64,000 bases of DNA, taken from NCBI GenBank assembly GCA_051362555.1, contig CM120644.1, positions 10,686,567-10,750,566 of the forward strand. The letters run 5' to 3'. This document shows, one piece after another, positions 1 through 12,756 of the stretch. The notes below the pieces were generated by a model. It did not search any database. It was not told where the DNA came from and was given only the letters and a program-made list of their open reading frames with translations. A program made the position numbers and the translations under genes. Position 1 is the stretch's first letter. Every line of letters begins with the position of its first letter. Source of the DNA: Lingula anatina. Its lineage: Eukaryota; Animalia; Brachiopoda.

Positions 1-242
1 GAATAATTTTGCACATGTGCATATCGATCTAAAGGATGACGACTATATCAATACATGTATCACCTGTCTTACTCCAAACAACAAAAAGATGATGACAATT
101 TTTTCATACTCTATTAATGTGGTCCATATTGATGCAGATCTGAACAAATAACGTGTAGTACCAATGAAATAAAGAAAAAATATTATCAAAATAGACTATA
201 TTTTGTAAAATAGGCCCACAGAAAATCGTGCTGACCGACCTG

Positions 243-243
<1 letters not shown>
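1..243. repeat. Diverged copy of the segment at ~9270-9508
   Basis: Collinear blocks shared with 9281-9508: tttgcacatgtg, aaggatgacgactatatcaatac, cacctgtctt, gtgtagtaccaa, aatattatcaaaat, gaaaatcgt-ctgaccg. Confidence 0.8.

Positions 244-245
<2 letters not shown>

Positions 246-316
<71 letters not shown>
246..316. repeat. (TA)n microsatellite
   Basis: Uninterrupted TA run. Confidence 0.95.
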
Positions 317-318
<2 letters not shown>

Positions 319-2482
319 TGAATTTGCAGAAGAGCCATTTTAAATTACTGAAGAAGGACCGTCTGTGACTCGCGTAAACGATTTTGCAATTCATAATTAA
401 TTTACTACGCTACGTTAAATGCTACGCTAAATGCTACGTTTTCAATAATGTTTTAGATCAATATGTTTCCAGCATATTTTTTACAACTTGACATGAATGA
501 AACATCTCCGTGTGTATACGTATGATAACATTTTAATAAAACTGCCATGACGTGAGTCAAGAACTTAAATCCAATATGTGACATACGGTATGTCGAATCA
601 GGGAATTATATCGGATATAATTCCCTGGTCAAATGATCATAGATGTACGATTTGTTTTACTATATGCTAAGCCGCCCTCCCCCCAACCCGAAATAATCCT
701 TCATTGTTCTTTGGCACGCAATGGATGTTTTCACTGTTATACAAGAAATGTTCAAACTGAACAATTTCCCACATATTTTATCAACGATAATCTAGTATCT
801 AACCATCTTTATGGCCAAGTCAATGATGGCATGATTTGAGAGAATTTCTATTACTTTTGAATTATAGTTTAATAACGAGATGCCCATCTGATGATATGTC
901 AGGTATATTTTTCCAGTTGTTTACATCATGACGATGGCCATTATACCGTGTTGTCCTTGATCTGTTCGGAGATAATGGGGTCACTTAATTTTATGCCCAA
1001 CGTTATCAACTTACACACACGCTCTTTTGCCTATCGTTAGATTTTACGAACGATGACATGTCAATGTTCTCATAACCGACCCTAATTTGCATATCTATTC
1101 TGATTCGAATAGAAACACAACTGTTTAAAATAAAAGAAGCATTGTCTGGGTGTCCAATTACCAATTGACGTCGTAGTATCTAGCTTAGTCTCTTTTCTTT
1201 AAAAATATCATTGTTTATATCTTTATTTATAATCTTACTTAAATTACTCCTGCATGCTAACCAGCCATTACACTTTAAAACTGTGATTCTAATACAAAAG
1301 ACGAGATTGGTGTGCATGTGCCTGCACTCTAGCTGTCTATGGAGCGCCAGACTTTATTTTATTAGTGATATTCCAGCATTTGACATCTCACAGCAGATTA
1401 TATACTTAATTTTGAATCACTGTTGACAGTTCATAATTGTTTGTGAAAATAGCGAGTAAAGAGTCCCAAATTATAACAAGAAAACATTCGGTCAAGAAAT
1501 TCTCCAATTTGGTAAATTTTAGTTCCTTAAAAGATTATTTCTGTCATTTTACCAAATAAGTTTCAAAATCAACAAGATTTCAACTTGATACATTGTTATA
1601 GAGATACACAAGTACACTGTAGTAGTGGGGCAAGTTTATTAACCTATATAGCAAAGGGTTACCTATCGATACACAAAAGGGTGTGAAATATCTCTATCAC
1701 AGTAATTTGTTGTTCTTCAGTTGTGACTTAGAAAGGATTAACAGTTATGTTTCATGTTTCAAGTGGTATTTGGGGAAGTTAGGATTTTAAACGATGTTTG
1801 CTGAAAATCATGCTGAGACAATTTTAAACCTTTCACTTCCTGGCATCAGTCACACTGTTAAAACCTTTAAGTGTCATGGTGAAAGCCTTCACAGGTACTC
1901 TTTCCAAAATTTAGTGAAGGAAGTGAAAAGTTTAAAATTGTATCAACATGATCGACAATACTACGCAGATTTACTCCCATCATAATCTCTGGAAAAAATC
2001 ATTTTAATTTATTCTTTCTCCCACCCAAATTACTTTGGATAAAACTTATTTTGACGTTATTTTACTTTTCAAATGGTGTGATCCCGGAAATAACGTTAAC
2101 TCAGCACGATTCTTCACGATTGATAGTCGTGTTCACAATTACAGCACTGTCGTGTTATGCAACACAGGCACTGTGTATGATTAGGCGAAAAATGGTCAAC
2201 AGTTCGAATAACCTTTTCACCTTTTTTTGTACATATATTTCCAAAACATAAAATAACAAAAAAAACTGAGGGAGGCACATTTGTAGCTTCTTTGCTAATT
2301 GATTCTGATATACGCAAGATACACAATGAAACGTTTTATTTATTTATTTATTTATTTTTTTTATGTATATATATAGCAAATTTTCAGAAGAACAATAAAG
2401 CATTGTCAATTTGACAGGCAGACAAATGACGATTATCTTACGAAAGGTTAAGTTGTGACCCTAGTAGTAGGGGGTAAGGGAC

Positions 2483-2489
2483 TATAAAA
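2483..2489 (+). promoter_or_regulatory. TATA box of Tyr/Gly-rich paralog 1
   Basis: ACTATAAAAG about 70 nt upstream of ATG 2558. The same ACTATAAAA lies upstream of paralogs 2 (5997) and 3 (11176). Confidence 0.7.
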
Positions 2490-2557
2490 GACCTCAATCC
2501 CAAAGTAGGAACTATCTGTTGGATCGTAAGCGCTCGGTAGCAGAGAAATCTTCGATT

Positions 2558-4232
2558 ATGAAGTTTGCCTTGTTCTTGCTGGTTGCCCTTGCGGCTGTCG
2601 CTTATGTCAGCTCGGCCTATTCCGACCGCAGGCAGTACGTTCGGTATGTCGCCACTTTCTTTTTTTTTCTTATTTAGTTTAATTTAATTACAGCAGATTT
2701 TCAGTTTATTTTTTAAAATAATTTTAATAAGAGGCAAACTCCTCAATAAAGATTATTCTTAAAAGCTTTTAAGGGGAAAAAAGTTTCGATCAAAGACAAT
2801 TAGAAAGCTTTATCGAAACAAAACGAAGTTCGGAAAAAATCATTCATTGAATTAATTTTTCTCAATAACAGAATTATTCTGACAAAATATCATTTTTGCA
2901 ATAAGTTTTATATCATGTTCCTGTTTAATGTCTTTGTAGCGACTACTACCGCCGTGGATACGGATATAGACGTGGATACGGATATGGACGACCATACGGC
3001 TATGGACCTGGCTACGGCTACGGACGTAGATATGGTAACTATGGCTATGGCGCCTACCGTTACCGTTACTATGGCAAATATCATGGTAAGTAAAGAAAGT
3101 TTTTATCACCTGCGGTGCAATCAAGCAAGTTTGTAAGTTGTAATTATAATTTCTATAACCTTCTTCGTTTTCTTCTTCTGACCTTTTGCATATAAGCAAT
3201 TCTGCTGCAAGTTCATTAGGTTTGTACCTTGTGTGCGTTTGTCTGTAATAAAATCAGGTGAAACTGTTATTCGGGGTCTATACGTTTGTATTACGAATTG
3301 TCCTTCAAGCATATTATCAGTATCCTCTTTTAGATTAACTAGGTTTTCATTTTTTTCCGGGCTAAACATTTCAATTTTCAAACAGTAGTTTTCGATGATG
3401 TTACACCTGTATTAGTTTTTCGAAATTGCCTCGAATTAAATTCATCTCTTCATCGGTCGGCTAATGCATTTTTTCTTTAAATTATTGCTATTTCAGTAAA
3501 TCTTATCAAAATGTTTGTGGCTTTGCAACTCCTACTACAATTCCCAACACACAACGTTTCATAACGTTAGCATTTTTTTTTTTTTTTTTTGGTAAACCAA
3601 ACCGCAGGGTTTTTCTTGGTTGTATTTTACCAGATACCATGAGGCTTATATACTTCCGTCGTGTGATCTTGTTTCCTTACGTTTTAGATATCTCCATCCA
3701 CTACATTTTATTTCATTCACTCACACAAAAAAATTAATATTGATTTTCTGGAGGAGTTTATCAATGCGGAAAAAAATAATAGAGATGAACTGTTCAACGC
3801 AAGGTTAACATTTGAATAGTGCAAAAGAATTAAAACCTGCCCCAAATTCAGATCTGACTTAAAAAATAGCTTACTTTTTTAAACGTCCCTCTAAACCAAG
3901 GTCTTCCAATTAAAACGATTCATTTACTTGTGGAATAGTGTGTGTGTGTGTGGCGAAGTGCACATTCAGTTTTTGTGAAATTCAGTTTTTTTATAAATAC
4001 TTTATGCTGTTACTGCCACGTGATTGTTGAATTAATGACACCTGCTCTATGAATTTTAGGTCTCTGCGGACCCGACGGCGTGTATGCCAGATCCGCCACC
4101 TCTCTGGTCTTCTGTACCAACGGCCGTGCTCTGGTCCAGAACTGCGCCCCAGGATCTGCCATCAGCAAGATGCAACTAGGAAAGTACTACTCCATGGCCG
4201 TCTGTGACGTCAACCTTGTTAATTGGGGCTAA
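2558..4232 (+). CDS. Secreted Tyr/Gly/Arg-rich protein with C-terminal 4-Cys chitin-binding (CBM14-like) domain, paralog 1 (134 aa)
   Basis: Exons 2558-2643, 2940-3085, 4060-4232, all GT-AG, total 405 nt. Translation: MKFALFLLVALAAVAYVSSA-YSDRRQYVR / DYYRRGYGYRRGYGYGRPYGYGPGYGYGRRYGNYGYGAYRYRYYGKYHG / LCGPDGVYARSATSLVFCTNGRALVQNCAPGSAISKMQLGKYYSMAVCDVNLVNWG*. Structure and intron phases match two paralogs. Confidence 0.9.
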
Positions 4233-5946
4233 TCTCACCGCTGGGTAAGTCAATTTTGTTTGTTATAAATATTTTTACTATATTGCTTACAGTGTCTTTA
4301 CTGGTAGTTGCAAGGCAGATGTCTTTTTGGGTTACTATACGAATTTTTGTTGATGGGTATAAATTCCGTAACTTGTTTGCTGGAGAAAAAAACTCAGTGT
4401 CTGCTTGGGCATAATACAAAGAATTTGACAATAAAAAATACCTGTGGTGATTCGCGACATGGTAAGATACGGCCCACAGGAACACTCACTTTAAAACAGT
4501 CGGAGGAATTCAGATTGATGTATAATATTATACAATATTCACTTAACCTTCATCTCTTCGCTTTCTGTTCAAGCAGCGCACTACAAATATGATGAGAATA
4601 AAATAATTATGATGTGTAAATGAAAAAAAAAAAAAACCCGATCGTTATCAAACTTGAACATATCAAATGCATTTTAAGTTTCTAAATTTCGTCCATACTC
4701 ATATAGTGTATCTACAGTAGGCAAAGCTTTTACCTTCGAATTCCTCCCTTTAAGTATATTTGAATATCCGTTCATCGTAAATTCGTTTAAAATTACTTGC
4801 ATTACAGTCAAGGCACTTTCTATGAAATACAAAAAGCCTAATGGATAAACTTTTGCTTATATATTTTTCAGATGAAATCTTTCCCGGCCAGAAAAGCGGT
4901 TCTCATGGAATTTTCAAATTTAACGCATTATGTTCACGTTCAAAATAAAAAAATTTGTTTAAAATGAGTCTTGCTTTATTTGTGGAACTTATGAATGTTT
5001 TCCAAACGATAAGTGGAGATTTGTTGAAACAAATTCTCTCTCTCTCTCTCTTTCTCTCTCTTTTACACACAAACAGAGAAAACACACAAAAATGCATTGG
5101 CGTGCGCGAGAGGACTCGCTTTACTACATGTTGCATCATAGTCACAGGCGATAACTAAAACTAAACACACGCAGCATTATTTCAGAATCTCGTTAACTCA
5201 TGTTACACATCAACGAACAGAAGCATGTAAAGGAAAAACACAGTGCACGGATGACCCCCTCCCTCTCCACTATAAAACATTGTTTCAGTTTTGACCTATG
5301 TCGCGTTGTAGGGCGTACTTTATTCTACAAGGCACGTTTGATGTTACAATAATTTCCGCCCGGGTAAAAACACCAGTAAAGTTAATAGTGCCAATGTAAT
5401 TACAATATATTTTCTGCTAAATCATCAAAAACTGTGTATTTGCGTGTCACTGTACATTGAACAACAAAGAGGTAATTGTCAGATTGGTCTAAGACGTCAT
5501 GGTCATTGGTGCACGAATATAACTCATCTCGTCACAACGTTATGGTTAGTAGAATTAGGGAGGGGGGTTCTCAACTGTTCTTATCCAGTTTTTATGGTGT
5601 CAGTTGCTATTAAAGATCTCTAAGAAATATTATAGATATATAGAATATATGGAGAATATTATAGATTTCTCAGTGGAAAGATACAAATTGGTGAGAAGAA
5701 ATCATAAAGTGAAATTACAAAAACCGTAAATAAAACAAAACTTCAACCTTGAAAATTATATTTATTACAGCTGACCAAGGTTTATAAATATAGTGTTAGC
5801 TCGGTGCTCTAATTCAGCGATTTTATTTATTTTCACTACTGCTGTACTGCATTTGTTGTCCTGCATATCGCAAACCATATCTATGCCAAAATTCCTTATT
5901 AAACAGAGCAAAACGGACAAACACGCAATTGGGCAACAACATTTAA

Positions 5947-6079
5947 ATGAACGATGATTGTTTTTTTTACAATAAAAAAGGGCTTGCCACGGACACTATA
6001 AAAAGGCCACCCACTGACATGCACGGCTATCAGTTGTTTTTTTTTTTTTTTTCTGATCCTGTCCATCCATACCTGGACC
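5947..6079 (+). promoter_or_regulatory. Conserved proximal promoter/5' UTR of paralog 2
   Basis: aacgatgattgtt..ataaaaagggcttgcc..actataaaaaggccacccac..gacatg..cggctatcagttg..ctgatcctgtccatccatacct is nearly identical to 11130-11250. Confidence 0.7.
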
Positions 6080-8130
6080 ATGAAGTTTGCCTTGTTTCTG
6101 CTGGTTGCCCTCGTGGCTGTCGCTTACGTCAGCGCGGTTTACTCAGACCGAAGGGAATACGTACGGTATGTTTGATATTTTAATAATTAGGCCTATCAAT
6201 TATAATAAATATTTTTAAAAAGTTAAATAAAAAATGGATACATTGTTAAATTGATTGTTTAATGTGCTTTTTAAATTTTCATCAGTATTTTCTCTTCTTA
6301 ATCTCTTTTGTTAACACGTAAAACACTTTGTTTTTTTTTTTTTTTTTTTTTTTTTTTTGATATTATTGTCTACTGCACCATATTTCTGTTAGAGTTAGTT
6401 GCCCCATTCCCCGGCCTCAGTCCAGACGCGTTGGAATGTTAGTGTGTCCATTTATTGTAACTGCTGTAACTCTTTTCCTGTTAATGTTCAACATCATATT
6501 TTTACCTTTTATAAATGCGAAAGGATTCAAGGTCAAATAAAAAATGAAATTAAAGATAAAATAATCTCTTCCAACGTGCACGTTGGTAGCATTAATTGCC
6601 TTTGTTTACAACTTTAAGCGTCTCTCACTTCAACCGCGATTTCATTTTTTTTAATTTCCAGCAGCATCGTTTTGCCAGCTATTCACAGAGAAAAAAATTA
6701 GTTTCAAAAGAATTCTATCAAGGTCAAACTATCTGACTAGTTCAAACTATTCCGACACCACTTGTTAATAGAAACATTTTATTTATCTAGCCTAAAATAA
6801 AACACGAAAACCCGGAGAATCCCATAAAGTAAAACGTGTCTAAAATAGCCAATATACATGGTTGGATAGTTATTGTCAATTACATGCCTTGGACAAAATA
6901 AACAATACTAGTCCAGTACCGGGGGTAGTTCGTCGCCAAGGGCCCGGTGGTCACGATGAAATTCCTACAATTGACTATGAGATTTGACTTCAAAATGCAC
7001 ATCTGGCCGACACACAGGCCTTTGCAGGTCTTCGACCGCTTGGGCTGCACTGCTGGGTCCGACACCGCCTTGGCGCCAAAGACCACGCACCAACTCCGCA
7101 TAAAAAAAAAAGGAGTGGAGCTCAAGATTTCAAGGGACACGCGAGGCGACGAATAATATTTTTTTTTTTTTTTTTTTTTTTTTGTTGGGGGGGGAGAGAC
7201 AAATCACACCGATTTTATTTGAATTTTCCAACTTTTTTCTTCACCTAAACCCAGCTCGATCTCGTTTGCCTTAAAATTCTGATTGTAACTACAAGTATTA
7301 TTTTTTTATAGTGACATCCTCCGCGGAAGAGGTTACTACCGCAAAGGTTACTACCCAGGCTACTATCGCTATGGTTACAGATATGGGTACCGCCGTTTCC
7401 CATTCTATGGTCGTTATGGATATCGCTACCGTTACTATGGAGCTTATATAGGTAAACAACATAATCTGGGTTCAGAACATAATACTACAAATATTTTACC
7501 TACATTTATTTTGTGACTTTTTTATAGCGTCTGCTACAGGTTAAACATTTGAGATATCTTCAGCATTTGGCATACGTTTTCTTGTTGTACGCCTTCACAT
7601 TAATAGACATAGCTTGGATGCAGGAATCCAACGATCTAACATGTATTTCAGCACTTGATTATCCAATCTCTCTGCCTGTCACCGTTAATGCATTTTCGAA
7701 TTTCGCAAGTTGCCCACAAATTCCTCAAACGCTTTGCATAATGCTAATTAACATTGCATTTACCTATGAGAGAAAATAAACAAGGTTAACACGAGCTATA
7801 CAGCTGGCCGCAACTTGGTGAGCAAACTTCGACAAATAGCATATTTAGATCGCAAAAGTATCATGGCCACAAGAATTAACCAAGGTATATCATGATTGCG
7901 TTGCTTCATTTTGCAAGAACGCCACGCTTCACTTCTAAATCCTAATATTTCTACATGTAGGTGCCTGTGGTCCAGACGGCGTTTACGCTGCATCATCTAA
8001 CACCCTCGTCTTCTGCACCAACGGCCGTGCTTTGACCCAGAAATGTGCTCCAGGATCCGCTATCGGCAGTTTGAAAAAGGGAAGCTTTTACAGCTGGAAC
8101 GCCGTTTGCAATGTGAATCTTATTGGTTAG
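6080..8130 (+). CDS. Secreted Tyr/Gly/Arg-rich protein with 4-Cys chitin-binding-like domain, paralog 2 (131 aa)
   Basis: Exons 6080-6165, 7312-7451, 7961-8130. Translation: MKFALFLLVALVAVAYVSAVYSDRREYVR / DILRGRGYYRKGYYPGYYRYGYRYGYRRFPFYGRYGYRYRYYGAYIG / ACGPDGVYAASSNTLVFCTNGRALTQKCAPGSAIGSLKKGSFYSWNAVCNVNLIG*. Confidence 0.9.
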
Positions 8131-9846
8131 ATTCAAATGTCTTCGAGGCAAGGTAAGTTCACAATAATTCGTGGTAAGAAGTTAAAAACCACATAAAACA
8201 CTTATATTTCCGCCCTACAGACAGACTGATTTTTAGGTGGTGCGCATAGCGTTCATTGTAACATATACAGACATAAAATACACAACGTAGATTTCAAATA
8301 TACACCGAGCAAAATATTAACGCCCCATGTGAATTATTTATCTATCATGTAATGGGCTCCGGACAGTACGGTCACTAATCTGTAGCAAACTGAACAGCAA
8401 AATTCGCTTTTTCTGATAATTTAAAAAAAGTAGTGCGTTGGGCGTTTATATATTTGGTGATTGCACAATTAGTTATTTGTCACTGACGAACCTAGGATAA
8501 CTAGAAGAGGACGTCAATCACTTTCGTCTCTTCGTCCCCTCCGTCGCAATTTTGTCTCACGATCTGCACTACACATGTGTGACGCTAATGTATACCATTT
8601 TTTTTTCTTTTTCAGAGCAGACTTTCGCCTCCGAACTACAGGGTATATTGCAATTGATAAAATTGTCCGATTTCTACATCATGTTTTGTCTGCAAATTCG
8701 GCATAGAAAGAATAAAGTGTTTGAAATTTTTACTCATGCGTCTGTGTGTGTGACATTTTGTACTATCAATGATATTGAAATATATTGAGCATAAGATATC
8801 TAGGTATGTATAGTTGAGTCAATTTTTAAATTTACCTTATCATGAGAGCTAGCAAAAACATCCCTTTTCCTTCGATATTGAGAAATCAGAAAAAAGAAGG
8901 AAATGCACGCTATACTATATAATACGCTGTGCTATACATGTATAGTACGCAATTCTAATTCGCTATGGTGAAACTTAAAAAATAAAAAGAAAGAAATACA
9001 TTGATAATAATGAAAAAATAAATAACAAGTGACTGAAATCTTATAAAGTGGAGCACAAAAAATAGAGAGAGCGAACAACGGTACATTTAGATTACGGCAA
9101 TGGCTATTACATGTAGCAATATAAATTTATGCATACTTGAATATTGTTAAGTTTTAAATTCTCCATTATTGAAAAAAAGGACACTAACGCAATATTTGAC
9201 AACATTAACTTAAACGACAGAACAAGGCGGCCAGGAAAAACAGGATTGTTTAAAATAATATCAAACTAGAATCTAACAAGTTTGCACATGTGTATAGTGA
9301 TCTGAAGGATGACGACTATATCAATACCTATATCACCTGTCTTATTCCAAACTACATAAATGTGATGATAATTTTGCCTTCTCTACTAATATTATCTGTA
9401 TTGATACAGATATGAACAAATAAAGTGTAGTACCAACGGAAGAAAGCAAAAATATTATCAAAATGAACTATATTTTGGTATAAATAGAAAATCGTCCTGA
9501 CCGCCCTGTACTAGAATGCGCATACATTTGTACCTGCCCGTGACTGCTCAAACATTCATATTTGTATTAAAGCGACATTGTGTTAGTTGAACTTTGTCGA
9601 TGTCGACAACAAATACATTCTGCATTTAAAAAAACTTGAAAATTAAGACATCAGGATATGCACGATGAAGCACAAAACAAAACGCGGTCACGCGTGCGCA
9701 CGTAAAGCTACAGCCGCGCATGTGAAGACTCCCTTTACTAGAACAATGGACATGGGCTGCACTGGCTACAGCTTAAAGGTAATATATGATCATGAAGGTT
9801 TACTGCAAATGTCGTTCACCCGTGATATGCATAGAGAACATAAGGT

Positions 9847-10015
9847 CAGGTCCGTAGCCAGTGGGGGGTTCGGGGGGTTAGAAAGAACCGCCCCTTTTGT
9901 CAGGAAAAGGTCCATTTTGTGTAAAATTTTATCTAGGTACACATAAATTTCATTATAAAAGGTCCACTTTTTCGGAAAAAGAACCCCCCTTTTGAATTTG
10001 CTGGCTACGGGCCTG
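9847..10015. mobile_element. MITE with CAGG(T/C)CCGTAGCCAG termini and 6-bp TSD
   Basis: caggtccgtagccag ... ctggctacgggcctg; TAAGGT on both flanks (9841-9846, 10016-10021). Confidence 0.85.
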
Positions 10016-10109
10016 TAAGGTGCACGTGTACATCTAAGTGTAGGCGTAAATGGATAGTCGAATACACCCGCTCCCCCCCCCCCCCCCTTAACACACACAC
10101 ACACACCTA

Positions 10110-10371
10110 GGGCCCATTCCCAATAAAACTACTCGTATCATGATACGTACCGGTATATCGATCCAAATCGCTGAGCGCAATCAGATTGATTGAATCACAC
10201 GCCTCCTCTTGTTTCTAACGTTCTCGTATAACATATAATCACCAGCTTTTCTGTATTCTTCTCAATGCCAGAAGAAAGCGTGAGGATCTTTTAATTTGAT
10301 TGCACTCAGCGAGAGCCCCCGCAGAGTTGGATCGAGCGACGTAGAATGAAAGTTTTGTTGGGAATAGGCCC
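10110..10371. mobile_element. PIF/Harbinger-like MITE
   Basis: TIR gggcccattcccaataaaact / agttttgttgggaataggccc, flanked by cTA and TTA. Confidence 0.7.
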
Positions 10372-11250
10372 TTATAGAGGTTTTATAATTATTAGTCCTT
10401 CGGTGACCGAGGCCATTGTGCAGAGATTACTAAAAGGTAAATAACCCCCGGAACAGTCGCAACGCTTTGTAGTTGGCCAAAGGAACTAAAAGAGAGGTCT
10501 TGCGTGCCAATTCACATTATACAACAAAGCCTTAATTGCCTAATTGAACTTGGTGTCCTAGTCATTAATTCAAAATTAAAATCCATCTTGTCTTTGTGCT
10601 ATGATCAACAGAATGAGGCGTGGGGTCGATCCGTCTTTGACTGGTGCGTGTCAATCCACATTATACAAAAAACTGTCAAATATTGGAATTGATGTCCTGG
10701 CCATTAATTTAAAAATAAAACTCATCTGCTCTCATCTGATGAGTAGAATGGTGGGTGGGGGGGTCGGTCTTTCTTTGACTGTTGCTCTTTATTTATTATT
10801 GTTATTTATATGTTTTTTTAATATATCTCAAAGAAACATAAAAGTGGAATGATAGATATGCGTGCGAAAAAGTCATAATTTTGAATTAATAAACAGGGTA
10901 AACAAAATTATATGGATATCGTGGAAGCCAGATCAATTGCCAACGGCTATAGAGAGAACATTATCATTATCATATTGACAAAATGACCGTACGTATAGAA
11001 TAAAGAGTGATTGTTTTAAATCACTTAAGTTATGTCGTCCAGAAAATCTTGAACCATTTACAATGACATCATTCCTCATTACATAGAGCAAAACAAACAG
11101 ACACGCGAACCGTAAGACAATAATCAGGAAAACGATGATTGTTATTATCATAAAAAGGGCTTGCCTCGGGCTGACTATAAAAAGGCCACCCACCGACATG
11201 AACGGCTATCAGTTGTTTTTTATCTGATCCTGTCCATCCATACCTCGACC

Positions 11251-12756
11251 ATGAAGTTTGCCTTGTTTCTGCTGTTTGCCCTGGTGGCTGTGGCTTGTGT
11301 TAGCGCCAACAAGAGGTGGCTTGGATCGTAAGTTTGTTATCAATCTATTTAGATAAACGCTGTCTGTTAAATTCACTGTGTACAGTATTTTCTAAACTAC
11401 GCCATCAGTAGGTGTACATGTAGCACTATTATTTACATTTCTTTAAATTTTCGTTTACAATTATTGTTTTTATTATTTCATTTCAATTATTTATTTGTCC
11501 ACTGCGCCATTTGTCTGTTGAAGTAACACACAATTATTCGAATTGTTGCAGCTCTTTTCTTTCTTAGGCTTCAGTCACAAGTTCAGTGACTTATTCCTGT
11601 TCTTTTTTTCCTTTGAATCTTGTGATAGTTTCAGATGTCTTATGAAAGATTTCTTATGAGGAGATATTTTAAAATCACTATTAATATCTGCTGGCAAATG
11701 TATTCATTTCGACATTGCTCTAAACAGAAAACATTAAGCTTATTAGAATATACAAATGGGGCAAAAACTGTTCATTTTACATGATTGCATTGAAGTTATT
11801 TGAGTGTCCTCTACAACGGTTTGATGATGGAAGTGCTGCGTTTATGTCTTTATACTTGAAGGCATTACTGCTACGTACGTACATTACATTTCGCCTTGTA
11901 TATACGTAAAATTGTATGTACGAGTCAGTGGTCATTTGTGGTTTGAATTTTCGATTTTTTTCTACACTTTTAATCATGTTAAACACAGCTCGAATTCGTC
12001 AACCTTAAAACTTTTAGTTGTACCGTTTTATTTTCCATCGCCAGAAGGGGTTATTATCGCAGAGGTTACAACCTAAGATCCTACCGCTACGGCCCTCGTC
12101 GTTACTTTGGCCGTTACCGCTACTACGGATCTTATAAAGGTAATGCAGCATGATACTTTTGCAAACTTTAGGTAACGCCTGATACAGGTTAGACATTTAA
12201 ATATCTTTACCATTTGTCATAATTCTGACTCATTGTAGAACGTTTTCTCGCTGGTAGGCATTTTTTTAATGAAAGTATTCCATACGTTTTCAGTGTGGAG
12301 ATCCAGTGGTATAAAATCTTTTTCGACACTTAGAATTCACAACTCTTCTCTCTGTCACCGCTTTAGCTGCTCGCTTAAGCATTTTCGGATTTTCCAAAAT
12401 GCGCATGCGTCGCTGAAACTGTATGTGCAACTAGTTCAAAATTCTTCCTACTGCTTTACAGTGTGATGGAATTTCATTCACTTTCGGAATTCTAAAAATT
12501 ATTAACATAAACTTAAACCGGAAATAAACGCCAGTGATAAAAAAAGACTCACATCTAAATCCTTATATTTCTATATGTACGTGTAGGTGCCTGTGGTGTA
12601 GATGGTGTTTACGCTAGATCTTCTAATACCCTCGTCTTCTGCACCAACGGCCGCGCTTTGGTCCAGAAATGTGCTCCAGGATCCGCTATCAGCGGCTTGA
12701 AGAAAGGAAGCTATTACAGCTGGAACGCCGTTTGCAATGTGAATCTTCTTGGTTAG
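11251..12756 (+). CDS. Secreted Tyr/Gly/Arg-rich protein with 4-Cys chitin-binding-like domain, paralog 3 (113 aa)
   Basis: Exons 11251-11327, 12045-12139, 12587-12756. Translation: MKFALFLLFALVAVACVSANKRWLGS / RGYYRRGYNLRSYRYGPRRYFGRYRYYGSYKG / ACGVDGVYARSSNTLVFCTNGRALVQKCAPGSAISGLKKGSYYSWNAVCNVNLLG*. Confidence 0.9.

Noticed and set aside
2852-3199. His-rich minus ORF and the Asp/Thr/Met-rich plus ORF 2915-3136
   Set aside because: Both are alternative frames of the Gly/Tyr-rich exon 2940-3085; only that frame splices correctly and is conserved in the paralogs.
6880-7183. GC-richer patch with overlapping ORFs and a poly-T run in intron 1 of paralog 2
   Set aside because: No recognisable protein motif, no splice sites fitting the gene, no clear element ends; probably an old insertion.
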